Shown: positions 39,768 to 52,819, counted from the first letter of the stretch. The stretch is DNA of 64,000 bases from Bispira polyomma (GCA_965649765.1 OZ287758.1:56296001-56360000), one strand, 5' to 3'. Translations and numbers: made by a program. The notes: a model not told the origin generated them from the sequence alone.

Positions 39768-39900
39768 GCTTCATGGGTCCTAGAGACCTCAGGAGAATTA
39801 GGGGGTACCTTAGCTTCATGGGTCCTAGAGACCTCAGGAGAATTAGGGGGTACCTTAGCTTCATGGGTCCTAGAGACCTCGGGAGAATTAGGAGGTAGCT
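39768..39900. repeat. 45-bp repeat x3
   Basis: GCTTCATGGGTCCTAGAGACCTCAGGAGAATTAGGGGGTACCTTA. Confidence 0.92.
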
Positions 39901-40188
39901 TAACACAGTAGAACAGCTCCATCCCTACATCCCTTACGACATAGTTCAAAGACCTATCTGTTGAATGATCCATTCCCTCCATAGACTCTGTTCTGTTTTC
40001 AGTGAAAGTATTGATGATGACTTCTTTCTGTCAATCATTAATGACTTTTGGCTCTGTTTGTGGTTTTGCAGCTAAAAGTTTATTACAACTTAAATAAGTA
40101 CTAAAACGTCTGATGATAGTAATAATGTATATCTGTAATGTACCCTGATGATAATGATAATATATATCTGTAATGTACCCATACTTAC

Positions 40189-40404
40189 AGTCATCTATAG
40201 GTATAAATCCGTGAATCTCAGCCAGTCTCTTGGAGTGTAGTACCAGACACGATTCTAGTCTCTCGAATGACCCACTACTGCTGCTGAAGAATGCAGAGTT
40301 GTTCTTGTTCTGGTTGGAGCAGCAGTCTCTACTGGAATGGTTATCTGAGGGGCTGGACAGTCCAGTGTGGTCACATGATTCTACAGCAGGCGGGGTACGT
40401 GGTA
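40189..40404 (-). CDS. Coiled-coil protein gene exon 7
   Basis: Acceptor TGTTCCCCCATAG|TA (40405-07), with an in-phase alternative CAG|AT at 40344. VPRTPPAVESCDHTGLSSPSDNHSSRDCC..LAEIHGFIPIDD; donor T|GTAAGT at 40188; phase 1 to 1. Confidence 0.72.
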
Positions 40405-40722
40405 CTATGGGGGAACATAAACAGTTATACAGAGACTGGACAGTCCAGTGTGGTCACATGACACCACAACAGGCGGGGTACGGGGTACTGTGGGGGAACA
40501 TAAACAGTTATACAGAGACTGGACAGACCAGTGTGGTCACATGACTCCACAACAGGCGGGGTACGGGGTACTGTGGGGGAACATAAACAGTTATACAGAG
40601 ACTGGACAGACCAGTGTGGTCACATGACTCCACAGCAGGCAGGGTACGGGGTACTGTGGGGGAACATAAACAGTTATACAGAGACTGGACAGTCCAGTGT
40701 GGTCACATGACTCCAAAGCAGG
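40353..40722. repeat. 83-bp repeat x~4.4 spanning the exon-7 acceptor
   Basis: CTGGACAG at 40353, 40436, 40519, 40602 and 40685. Confidence 0.93.
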
Positions 40723-40982
40723 GGGAGGGAGGGTTTGCAGGGTGCTAAGGGGAGACACGATAAGATGTCCAGATTTATCAGATTCATCTGTGCATACAAT
40801 TTATCTGAAGCAAATAATGCACTCTCCTGGCTGATGAATTATATATGTGTAGTGCTATGAATTGTAATCATTCCAATTGAGTCTTCAGCCATGTTAGAAA
40901 TAAAATAAGCTACGCCTAGCCATGCAGTGTTGTCAAATAATGCACTAACTGTGTATAGTCTACCAAACCAGCACTCACTGAC

Positions 40983-41144
40983 CTCTGTCATACTCCACTG
41001 CCTCCACCACTTTACAGATCCTTTCTTCAGGGTGTAGTCCATGCGATCCCAGGGTGGCAGCCAGCACCGCCCTCCCATCCTTCACACGACTCTCGTCAAG
41101 GCGGCCAGAATCCTTGAGGTCATCAATACACTTGAGGAGTTTAC
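40983..41144 (-). CDS. Coiled-coil protein gene exon 6
   Basis: ttctcgcacag|GT AAA CTC..KLLKCIDDLKDSGRLDESRVKDGRAVLAATLGSHGLHPEERICKVVEAVEYDR..G|GTCAGT; phase 1 to 1. Confidence 0.83.
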
Positions 41145-41155
41145 CTGTGCGAGAA

Positions 41156-42310
41156 GGTGGAAAACAGTGAGGTACAGATGTGTAACAGTTAGGTACAAGT
41201 GTGAAACAGTGTGGTACAGATGTGTAACAGTAAGGTACAAGTGTGAAACAGTGAGGTACAGGTGTGTAACAGTGAGGTACAGGTGTGTAACAGTGAGGTA
41301 CATGTGTGTAACAGTGAGGTACAGGTGTGCAACAGTGAGGTACATGTGTGTAACAGTGAGGTACATGTGTGTAACAGTGAGGTACAAGTGTGAAACAGTG
41401 AGGTTCATGTGTGAAACATTGAGGTACAGGTGTGTAACAGTGAGGTACATATTGTACAGGTGTGTAACAGTGAGGTACAGGTGCGTAACAGTGTGGTACA
41501 GGTGTGTAACAGTGAGGTACAGGTGTGTAACAGTGTGGTATAGGTGTGTAACAGTGTGGTACAGGTGTGTAACAGTGAGCTACAGGTGTGTAACAGTGAG
41601 CTACAGGTGTGTAACAGTGAGCTACAGGTGTGTAAAAGTGTTGTACAGGTGTGTAACAGTGTGGTACAGGTGTGGAACAGTGAGGTACAGGTGTGTAACA
41701 ATGAGGTACAAGTGTGTAACAGTGAGGTACAGGTGTGTAACAGTGAGCTACATGTGTGTAACAGTGTGGTACAGGTGTGTAAGAGTGAAATACAGGTGTG
41801 AAACAGTGTGGTACAGGTGTGTAAGAGTGAGGTACAGGTGTGGAACAGTGAGCTACAGGTGTGTAACAGTGAGGTACAGGTGTGTAACAGTAAGGTACAG
41901 GTGCGTAACAGTGAGCTACATGTGTGTAACAGTGTTGTACAGGTGTGGTACAGGTGTGTAACTGTGGGGTACAGGTGTGTAACAGTGAGGTACCTGTGTG
42001 TAACAGTGAGGTGCATGTGTGTAACAGTGAGCTACAGGTGTGTAACAGTGAGGTACAGGTGTGTAACAGTGTGGTACAGGTGTGTGACAGTGAGGTACAG
42101 GTGTGTAACAGTGTGGTACAAGTGTGAAACAGTGTTGTACAGGTGTGTAACAGTGTGGTATAGGTGTGTAACAGTGTGGTACAAGTGTGAAACAGTGAGC
42201 TACAGGTGTGTAACAGTGAGCTACAGGTGTGTAATATTGAGGTACAGGTGTGAAACAGTGAGGTACAGGTGTGTAACAGTGTGGTATAGGTGTGGAACAG
42301 TGATGTACAA
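41156..42310. repeat. 21-bp minisatellite, ~55 copies, filling most of intron 5
   Basis: GTGTAACAGTGAGGTACAGGT variants that abut the acceptor pyrimidine tract. Confidence 0.96.
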
Positions 42311-42428
42311 ATTTACTTACAGGTAAAAAATTCCGATTTGACTGTATTTTTGAATACATTGACCTACAGGTACATGTCGTCCCTCTGTTTGTACCTACTG
42401 TGTAGTTTATTGCTTTCTGTATATTTAC

Positions 42429-42492
42429 CTATGGTCTCCCCCCTCCGCCTTTTGTCTTGTTTCAGTAACTTCAGTTTATGTTCGTACCATTC
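42429..42492 (-). CDS. Coiled-coil protein gene exon 5
   Basis: cttatttttag|GAA TGG TAC GAA CAT AAA CTG..EWYEHKLKLLKQDKRRRGETI..G|GTAAAT; phase 0 to 1. Confidence 0.78.
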
Positions 42493-42605
42493 CTAAAAAT
42501 AAGAGACATACGATGTGAAGACAGTAAATACTTCTAGTCAGTTCAAAACAATAAACATATGCCATTGTGTTGTAAGAAATTGTCAACTTGCCTCCTTTGG
42601 TTGAA

Positions 42606-42861
42606 GGGGGCCGCGGTAGCCTAGTGGTTAGCAAGCATTGCGCTTCACAATCACTGGTCTCTCACCTCTGGGCGGCGTGAGTTCGAATCCCGTCGATGCC
42701 TATGTGGGAAAGGTGGTAGTTCCTTACTGTGGGCCGCTGGTTTCAGTGCAGAACCTTGATCAACTGTATGCAGTGTTTCCTCCAGCGTTTCCAACTACCC
42801 ATCTCAATATAACCTAAACAGGTACTAGAGTGGACGTTAAATATCTAAATTCAAATTCCAA
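42606..42861 (+). mobile_element. Full-length tRNA-derived SINE with target-site duplication
   Basis: GGGGGCCGCGG head, A box TAGCCTAGTGG, B box GTTCGAATCC, tail GTGGACGTTAAA..AAATTCAAATTC. 13-bp TSD TCCT(T/G)TGGTTGAA at 42593-42605 and 42862-42874. Confidence 0.88.
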
Positions 42862-43014
42862 TCCTGTGGTTGAATCATCTGTAACTGTGTATCGAACTGG
42901 CTCTGCACAGGTCTGTGCAATTAGTGTACCTGTCCGTGTACCTGTGTGTACCCACTACTTATGTACCTGTACCTGGGTACCTAGTGTACCTGCCTCTGTA
43001 CCTTGGTTCCTAGT

Positions 43015-46000
43015 ACATACCTGTCTGTGTATATGTTACCTACCTGTCTGTGTATATGTCTGTGTACATGTTACCTACCTGTCTGTGTACATGTTACCTA
43101 CCTGTCTGTGTATATGTATGTGTACATGTTACCTAGCTGTCTGTGTACATGTTACCTTCCTGTCTGTGTACATGTTACCTTCCTGTCTGTGCACATGTTA
43201 CCTACATGTATGTGTCTGTGTACATGTTACCTACCTGTCTGTGTACATGTTACCTTCCTGTCTGTGTATATGTCTGTGTACATGTTACCTATCTGTCTGT
43301 GTACATGTTACCTACCTGTCTCTGTATATGTTACCTACCTGTCTGTGTACATCTTACCAACCTGTCTGTGTACATGTTACTTTCCTGTCTGTGTACATGT
43401 TACCTACCTGTCTGTGTATATGTCTGTGTACATGTTACCTTCCTGTCTGTGTATATGTTACCTACCTGTCTGTGTATATGTCTGTGTACATGTTACCTTC
43501 CTGTCTGTGTACATATTACCTTCCTGTCTGTGTATATATTACCTACCTGTCTGTGTACATGTTACCTTCCTGTCTGTGTACATGTTACCTTCCTGTCTGT
43601 GTATATGTTTGTGTACATGTTACCTACCTGTCTGTGTACATGTTACCTACCTGTCTGTGTACATGTTACCTACCTGTCTGTGTACATGTTACCTAGCTGT
43701 TTGTGTATATGTATGTGTACATGTTACCTACCTGTCTGTGTACATGTTACCTTCCTGTCTGTGTATATGTATGTGTACATGTTACCTACCTGTCTGTGTA
43801 CATGCTACCTTCCTGTCTGTGTATATGTATGTGTACATGTTACCTACCTGTCTGTGTACATGTTACCTTCCTGTCTGCTTATATGTCTGTGTACATGTTA
43901 CTTTCCTGTCTGTGTACATGTTACCTACCTGTCTGTGTATATGTATGTGTACATGTTACCTACCTGTCTGTGTACATGTTACCTACCTGTCTGTGTATAT
44001 GTCTGTGTACATGTTACCTTCCTGTCTGTGTACATGTTACCTTCCTGTCTGTGTATATGTTACCTACCTGTCTGTGTACATGTTACCTTCCTGTCTGTGT
44101 ACATGTTACCTTCCTGTCTGTGTATATGTTTGTGTACATGTTACCTACCTGTCTGTGTACATGTTACCTACCTGTCTGTGTATATGGCTGTGTACATGTT
44201 ACCTACCTGTCTGTGTATATGTCTATGTATATGTTACCTTCCTGTCTGTGTATATGTCTGTGTGCATGTTACCTACCTGTCTGTGTACATGTTACCTACC
44301 TGTCTGTGTATATGTATGTGTACATGTTACCTACCTGTCTGTGTACATGTTACCTACCTGTCTGTGTACATGTTACCTACCTGTCTGTGTATATGTCTGT
44401 GTACATGTTACCTTCCTGTCTGTGTATATGTTACCTACCTGTCTGTGTATATGTCTGTGTACATGTTACCTTCCTGTCTGTGTACATGTTACCTTCCTGT
44501 CTGTGTATATGTTTGTGTACATGTTACCTACCTGTTTGTGTACATGTTACCTACCTGTCTGTGTACATGTTACCTACCTGTCTGTGTATATGTTACCTAC
44601 CTGTCTGTGTACATGTTATCTTCCTGTCTGTGTACATGTTACCTAGCTGTCTGTGTATATGTCTGTGTACATGTTACTTACCTGTCTGTGTACATGTTAC
44701 CTTCCTGTCTGTGTATATGTCTGTGTACATGTTACCTACCTGTCTGTGTACATGTTACCTTCCTGTCTGTGTATATGTCTGTGTACATGCTACCTTCCTG
44801 TCTGTGTACATTTTACCTACCTGTCTGTGTATATGTATGTGTATATGTTACCTACCTGTCTGTGTACATGTTACCTACCTGTCTGTGTACATGTTACCTA
44901 GCTGTCTGTGTATATGTATGTGTACATGTTACTTTCCTGTCTATGTATATGTTACCTACCTGTCTGTGTATATGTCTGTGTACATGTTACCTTCCTGTCT
45001 GTGTACATGTTACCTTCCTGTCTGTGTATATGTTACCTACCTGTCTGTGTACATGTTACCTTCCTGTCTGTGTACATGTTACCTTCCTGTCTGTGTATAT
45101 GTATGTGTACATGTTACCTTCCTGTCTGTGTATATGTTACCTACCTGTCTGTGTATATGTTTGTGTACATGTTACCTACCTGTCTGTGTACATGTTACCT
45201 ACCTGTCTGTGTACATGTTACCAACTGTCTGTGTATATGTTACCTACCTGTCTGTGTACATGTTATCTTCCTGTCTGTGCACATGTTACCTACCTGTCTG
45301 TGTATATGTATGTGTACATGTTACCTACCTGTCTGTGTACATGTTACCTACCTGTCTGTGTATATGTCTATGTATATGTTACCTTCCTGTCTGTGTATAT
45401 GTCTGTGTGCATGTTACCTACCTGTCTGTGTACATGTTACCTACCTGTCTGTGTATATGTATGTGTACATGTTACTTACCTGTCTGTGTACATGTTACCT
45501 ACCTGTCTGTGTATATGTCTGTGTACATGTTACCTTCCTGTCTGTGTATATGTTACCTACCTGTCTGTGTATATGTCTGTGTACATGTTACCTTCCTGTC
45601 TGTGTACATGTTACCTTCCTGTCTGTGTATATGTTACCTACCTGTCTGTGTACATGTTACCTTCCTGTCTGTGTACATGTTACCTTCCTGTCTGTGTATA
45701 TGTTTGTGTACATGTTACCTACCTGTCTGTGTACATGTTACCTTCCTGTCTGTGCACATGTTACCTACATGTCTGTGTATGTGTCTGTGTACATGTTACC
45801 TACCTGTCTGTGTACATGTTACCTTCCTGTCTGTGTATATGTCTGTGTACATGTTACCTACCTGCCTGTGTACATGTTACCTACCTGTCTGTGTATATGT
45901 TACCTACCTGTCTGTGTACATCTTACCAACCTGTCTGTGTACATGTTACTTTCCTGTTTGTGTACATGTTACCTACCTGTCTGTGTATATGTATGTGTAC

Positions 46001-49000
46001 ATGTTACCTACCTGTCTGTGTACATGTTACCTACCTGTCTGTGTATATGTATGTGTACATGTTACCTACCTGTCTGTGTACATGTTACCTACCTGTCTGT
46101 GTATATGTCTGTGTACATGTTACCTTCCTGTCTGTGTATATGTTACCTACCTGTCTGTGTATATGTCTGTGTACATGTTACCTTCCTGTCTGTGTACATG
46201 TTACCTTCCTGTCTGTGTATATGTTTGTGTACATGTTACCTACCTGTCTGTGTACATGTTACCTATCTGTCTGTGTACATGTTACCTACCTGTCTGTGTA
46301 TATGTTACCTACCTGTCTGTGTACATGTTACCCTCCTGTCTGTGTACATGTTACCTTCCTGTCTGTGTATATGTTTGTGTACATGTTACCTACCTGTCTG
46401 TGTACATGTTACCTACCTGTCTGTGTACATGTTACCTACCTGTCTGTGTATATGTATGTGTACATGTTACCTTCCTGTCTGTGTATATGTTACCTACCTG
46501 TCTGTGTATATGTCTGTGTATATGTTACCTTCCTGTCTGTGTACATGTTACCTATCTGTCTGTGTACATGTTACCTACCTGTCTGTGTATATGTTACCTA
46601 CCTGTCTGTGTACATGTTATCTTCCTGTCTGTGTACATGTTACCTAGCTGTCTGTGTATATGTCTGTGTACATGTTGCCTACCTGTCTGTGTACATGTTA
46701 CCTTCCTGTCTGTGTATATGTTACCTACCTGTCTGTGTACATGTTACCTTCCTGTCTGTGTACATGTTACCTTCCTGTCTGTGTATATGTATGTGTACAT
46801 GTTACCTACCTGTCTGTGTACATGTTACCTACCTGTCTGTGTACATGTTACCTACCTGTCTGTGTACATGTTACCTACCTGTCTGTGTATATGTATGTGT
46901 ACATGTTACCTTCCTGTCTGTGTATATGTTACCTACCTGTCTGTGTATATGTCTGTGTACATGTTACCTTCCTGTCTGTGTACATGTTACCTTCATGTCT
47001 GTGTATATGTTACCTACCTGTCTGTGTACATGTTACCTTCCTGTCTGTGTACATGTTACCTACCTGTCTGTGTATATGTATGTGTACATGTTACCTTCCT
47101 GTCTGTGTATATGTTACCTTCCTGTCTGTGTATAAGTCTGTGTACATGTTACCTTCCTGTCTGTGTACATGTTACCTTCCTGTCTGTGTATATGTTACCT
47201 ACCTGTCTGTGTACATGTTACCTTCCTGTCTGTGTACATGTTACCTTCCTGTCTGTGTATATGTTTGTGTACATGTTACCTACCTGTCTGTGTACATGTT
47301 ACCTACCTGTCTGTGTACATGTTACCTACCTGTCTGTGTATATGTTACCTACCTATCTGTGTACATGTTATCTTCCTGTCTGTGTACATGTTACCTAGCT
47401 GTCTGTGTATATGTCTGTGTACATGTTACCTACCTGTCTGTGTACATGTTACCTTCCTGTCTGTGTATATGTCTGTGTACATGTTACCTACCTGTCTGTG
47501 TACATGTTACCTACCTGTCTGTGTACATCTTACCAACCTGTCTGTGTACATGTTACTTTCCTGTTTGTGTACATGTTACCTACCTGTCTGTGTATATGTA
47601 TGTGTACATGTTACCTACCTGTCTGTGTACATGTTACCTACCTGTCTGTGTATATGTATGTGTACATGTTACCTACCTGTCTGTGTACATGTTACCTACC
47701 TGTCTGTGTATATGTCTGTGTACATGTTACCTTCCTGTCTGTGTATATGTTACCTACCTGTCTGTATATGTCTGTGTACATGTTACCTTCCTGTCTGTGT
47801 ACATGTTACCTTCCTGTCTGTATATGTTACCTACCTGTCTGTGTACATGTTACCTTCCTGTCTGTGTACATGTTACCTTCCTGTCTGTGTATATGTTTGT
47901 GTACATGTTACCTACCTGTCTGTGTACATGTTACCTATCTGTCTGTGTACATGTTACCTACCTGTCTGTGTATATGTTACCTACCTGTCTGTGTACATGT
48001 TATCTTCCTGTCTGTGTACATGTTACCTAGCTGTCTGTGTATATGTCTGTGTACATGTTGCCTACCTGTCTGTGTACATGTTACCTTCCTGTCTGTGTAT
48101 ATGTTACCTACCTGTCTGTGTACATGTTACCTTCCTGTCTGTGTACATGTTACCTCCCTGTCTGTGTATATGTATGTGTACATGTTACCTACCTGTCTGT
48201 GTACATGTTACCTACCTGTCTGTGTACATGTTACCTACCTGTCTGTGTATATGTATGTGTACATGTTACCTACCTGTCTGTGTACATGTTACCTACCTGT
48301 CTGTGTATATGTATGTGTACATGTTACCTTCCTGTCTGTGTATATGTTACCTACCTGTCTGTGTATATGTCTGTGTACATGTTACCTTCCTGTCTGTGTA
48401 TATGTTACCTACCTGTCTGTGTACATGTTACCTTCCTGTCTGTGTACATGTTACCTACCTGTCTGTGTATATGTATGTGTACATGTTACCTTCCTGTCTG
48501 TGTATATGTTACCTACCTGTCTGTGTATATGTCTGTGTACATGTTACCTTCCTGTCTGTGTACATGTTACCTTCCTGTCTGTGTATATGTTACCTACCTG
48601 TCTGTATACATGTTACCTTCCTGTCTGTGTACATGTTACCTTCCTGTCTGTGTATATGTTTGTGTACATGTTACCTACATGTCTGTGTACATGTTACCTA
48701 CCTGTCTGTGTACATGTTACCTACCTGTCTGTGTATATGTTACCTACCTGTCTGTGTACATCTTACCCACCTGTCTGTGTACATGTTACTTTCCTGTCTG
48801 TGTACATGTTACCTACCTGTCTGTGTATATGTATGTGTACATGTTACCTACCTGTCTGTGTATATGTTACCTACCTGTCTGTGAATATGTCTGTGTACAT
48901 GTTACCTTCCTGTCTGTGTACATATTTCCCTCCTGTCTGTGTATATGTTACCTACCTGTCTGTGTACATGTTACCTTCCTGTCTGTGTACATGTTACCTT

Positions 49001-52000
49001 CATGTCTGCTTATATGTCTGTGTACATGTTACTTTCCTGTCTGTGTACATGTTACCTTCATGTCTGCTTATATGTCTGTGTACATGTTACTTTCCTGTCT
49101 GTGTACATGTTACCTTCATGTCTGCTTATATGTCTGTGTACATGTTACTTTCCTGTCTGTGTACATGTTACCTACCTGTCTGTGTATATGTTACCTACCT
49201 GTCTGTGTACATGTTATCTTCCTGTCTGTGTACATGTTACCTACCTGTCTGTGTATATGTATGTGTACATGTTACCTACCTGTCTGTGTACATGTTACCT
49301 ACCTGTCTGTGTACATGTTACCTACCTGTCTGTGTATATGTTACCTACCTGTCTGTGTACATGTTATCTTCCTGTCTGTGTACATGTTACCTAGCTGTCT
49401 GTGTATATGTCTGTGTACATGTTACCTACCTGTCTGTGTACATGTTACCTTCCTGTCTGTGTATATGTCTGTGTACATGTTACCTACCTGTCTATGTACA
49501 TGTTACCTTCCTGTCTGTGTACATGTCTGTGTACATGTTACCTACCTGTCTGTGTATATGTCTGTGTACATGTTACCTACCTGTCTGTGTATATGTATGT
49601 GTACATGTTACCTACCTGTCTGTGTACATGTTACCTATCTGTCTGTGTACATGTTACCTACCTGTCTGTGTATATGTATGTGTACATGTTACCTTCCTGT
49701 CTGTGTATATGTTACCTACCTGTCTGTGTATATGTCTGTGTACATGTTACCTTCCTGTCTGTGTACATGTTACCTTCCTGTCTGTGTATATGTTACCTAC
49801 CTGTCTGTATACATGTTACCTTCCTGTCTGTGTACATGTTACCTTCCTGTCTGTGTATATGTTTGTGTACATGTTACCTACATGTCTGTGTACATGTTAC
49901 CTACCTGTCTGTGTACATGTTACCTACCTGTCTGTGTATATGTTACCTACCTGTCTGTGTACATGTTATCTTCCTGTCTGTGCACATGTTACCTACATGT
50001 CTGTGTATGTGTCTGTGTACATGTTACCTACCTGTCTGTGTACATGTTACCTTCCTGTCTGTGTATATGTCTGTGTACATGTTACCTACCTGTCTGTGTA
50101 CATGTTACCTACCTGTCTGTGTATATGTTACCTACCTGTCTGTGTACATCTTACCAACCTGTCTGTGTACATGTTACTTTCCTGTCTGTGTACATGTTAC
50201 CTACCTGTCTGTGTATATGTATGTGTACATGTTACCTACCTGTCTGTGTACATGTTACCTACCTGTCTGTGTATATGTATGTGTACATGTTACCTACCTG
50301 TCTGTGTACATGTTACCTACCTGTCTGTGTATATGTCTGTGTACATGTTACCTTCCTGTCTGTGTATATGTTACCTACCTGTCTGTGAATATGTCTGTGT
50401 ACATGTTACCTTCCTGTCTGTGTACATATTTCCCTCCTGTCTGTGTATATGTTACCTACCTGTCTGTGTACATGTTACCTTCCTGTCTGTGTACATGTTA
50501 CCTTCATGTCTGCTTATATGTCTGTGTACATGTTACTTTCCTGTCTGTGTACATGTTACCTTCATGTCTGCTTATATGTCTGTGTACATGTTACTTTCCT
50601 GTCTGTGTACATGTTACCTACCTGTCTGTGTATATGTATGTGTACACGTTACCTACCTGTCTGTGTACATGTTACCTTCCTGTCTGTGTATATGTCTGTG
50701 TACATGTTACCTTCCTGTCTGTGTATATGTTACCTACCTGTCTGTGAATATGTCTGTGTACATGTTACCTTCCTGTCTGTGTACATATTTCCCTCCTGTC
50801 TGTGTATATGTTACCTACCTGTCTGTGTACATGTTACCTTCCTGTCTGTGTACATGTTATCTTCATGTCTGCTTATATGTCTGTGTACATGTTACTTTCC
50901 TGTCTGTGTACATGTTACCTACCTGTCTGTGTATATGTATGTGTACATGTTACCTACCTGTCTGTGTACATGTTACCTTCCTGTCTGTGTATATGTCTGT
51001 GTACATGTTACCTACCTGTCTGTGTATATGTATGTGTACATGTTACCTACCTGTCTGTGTACATGTTACCTACCTGTCTGTGTATATGTCTGTGTACATG
51101 TTACCTTCCTGTCTGTGTATATGTTACCTACCTGTCTGTGAATATGTCTGTGTACATGTTACCTTCCTGTCTGTGTACATATTTCCCTCCTGTCTGTGTA
51201 TATGTTACCTACCTGTCTGTGTACATGTTACCTTCCTGTCTGTGTACATGTTACCTTCATGTCTGCTTATATGTCTGTGTACATGTTACTTTCCTGTCTG
51301 TGTACATGTTACCTACCTGTCTGTGTATATGTATGTGTACATGTTACCTACCTGTCTGTGTACATGTTACCTTCCTGTCTGTGTATATGTCTGTGTACAT
51401 GCTACCTTCCTGTCTGTGTATATGTTACCTACCTGTCTGTGAATATGTCTGTGTACATGTTACCTTCCTGTCTGTGTACATATTTCCCTCCTGTCTGTGT
51501 ATATGTTACCTACCTGTCTGTGTACATGTTACCTTCCTGTCTGTGCACATGTTATCTTCATGTCTGCTTATATGTCTGTGTACATGTTACTTTCCTGTCT
51601 GTGTACATGTTACCTACCTGTCTGTGTATATGTATGTGTACATGTTACCTACCTGTCTGTGTACATGTTACCTTCCTGTCTGTGTATATGTCTGTGTACA
51701 TGTTACCTACCTGTCTGTGTATATGTATGTGTACATGTTACCTACCTGTCTGTGTACATGTTACCTACCTGTCTGTGTATATGTGTGTGTACATGTTACC
51801 TTCCTGTCTGTGTATATGTTACCTACCTGTCTGTGTATATGTCTGTGTACATGTTACCTTCCTGTCTGTGTACATGTTACCTACCTGTCTGTGTATATGT
51901 CTGTGTATATGTCTGTGTATATGTTACCTTCCTGTCTGTGTACATGTTACCTTCCTGTCTATGTACCTGTCTGTGTACCTGTCTGTGTACCTGTCACCTG

Positions 52001-52060
52001 CCTGTCTGTGTACCTGTCTGTGTACATGTCTGTGTACCTGTCTGTGTACCTGTCATCTAC
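43015..52060. repeat. ~9-kb compound satellite (23-bp and 12-bp modules) in intron 4 of the minus-strand gene
   Basis: TGTACATGTTACCT(A/T)CCTGTCTG interspersed with TGTATATGT(C/A)TG; begins at the exon-4 donor. Confidence 0.98.
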
Positions 52061-52165
52061 CTGTCTATACACCCACTCCCCCTTCTGTTTCACCACATCC
52101 CTAGCCAGCCTCACATCCTGAGCACTTGTCTCACACAACCTCAGCTTCTCCTCCAGCTCAGTCAC
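52061..52165 (-). CDS. Coiled-coil protein gene exon 4
   Basis: atactctag|GTG ACT GAG CTG..VTELEEKLRLCETSAQDVRLARDVVKQKGEWVYRQ. Best donor is CAG|GTAGAT (52060), but the exact donor is uncertain. Confidence 0.75.
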
Positions 52166-52318
52166 CTAGAGTATGTCGTAAGATACAATACGGGGTAATC
52201 CTTTATACACTGTAACCAACTCAGTCACCTAGAGTATGTCGTAGGATACAATACGGGGTAATCCTTTATACACTGTAACCAACTCAGTCACCTACAGTAT
52301 GACGTAAGGTACAATACT
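52156..52318. repeat. 63-bp repeat x~2.6 spanning the exon-4 acceptor
   Basis: CTCAGTCACCTA(G/C)AGTATG at ~52157, 52220 and 52283. Confidence 0.9.
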
Positions 52319-52819
52319 GAGTAAAACATTACAAACTACAGCTTTACTGAATAAACCTTCACTAACAAACTACGGTGTAACTGATACCCTTTAGTTCCTA
52401 GCATTTGTTTTTCCAGTAACATTAATGTTTAACCTTTACAGACAAGCTATAGAATTACTAATAGAGTCAAACTTTACTGGCAACTATAGCATTACTGAAA
52501 GAGTAAACCTTTACTAACAAACATTATCATTACCGAATGAGAAAACCTTTACTGGCAAACAATAGCATTACTGATGAACCAACTAAATATTAAGATGTTA
52601 CAAAGTAGAACATCATACAAAGTCTAGCTGAGACACACTTCAGTCAGTTCTGATGACGTAATGCCCCTAGTGAAACAAAATACAAGAGCTTTTATTACTG
52701 ATCTCCTGTTCTTTGTACATAGACATGTACAAATGGGCCATTTGTTTGTGTTGTATGAAAAACGCAGCTCAGTAGAAATGAAAAAGTAGTTACCACTATC
52801 CCTATAATTATTCAAAACA

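Noticed and set aside
41041-42359. ORFs with (YRCVTVR)n repeats
   Set aside because: Translation of the 21-bp intronic minisatellite.
42321-42364. Possible micro-exon on the minus strand (TAG|GTCAATG..CCT|GTAAGT)
   Set aside because: Its phase is incompatible with the next exon and its acceptor is weak.
42606-42700. tRNA gene
   Set aside because: A and B boxes are present, but I see no convincing cloverleaf or poly-T terminator, and it continues into a SINE body with a TSD.
42830-52198. Very long Cys/Val/Tyr/Leu-rich ORFs (up to 1345 aa) in all three + frames
   Set aside because: They arise from a stop-poor satellite strand inside an intron of the opposite-strand gene; the same peptide appears in every frame.
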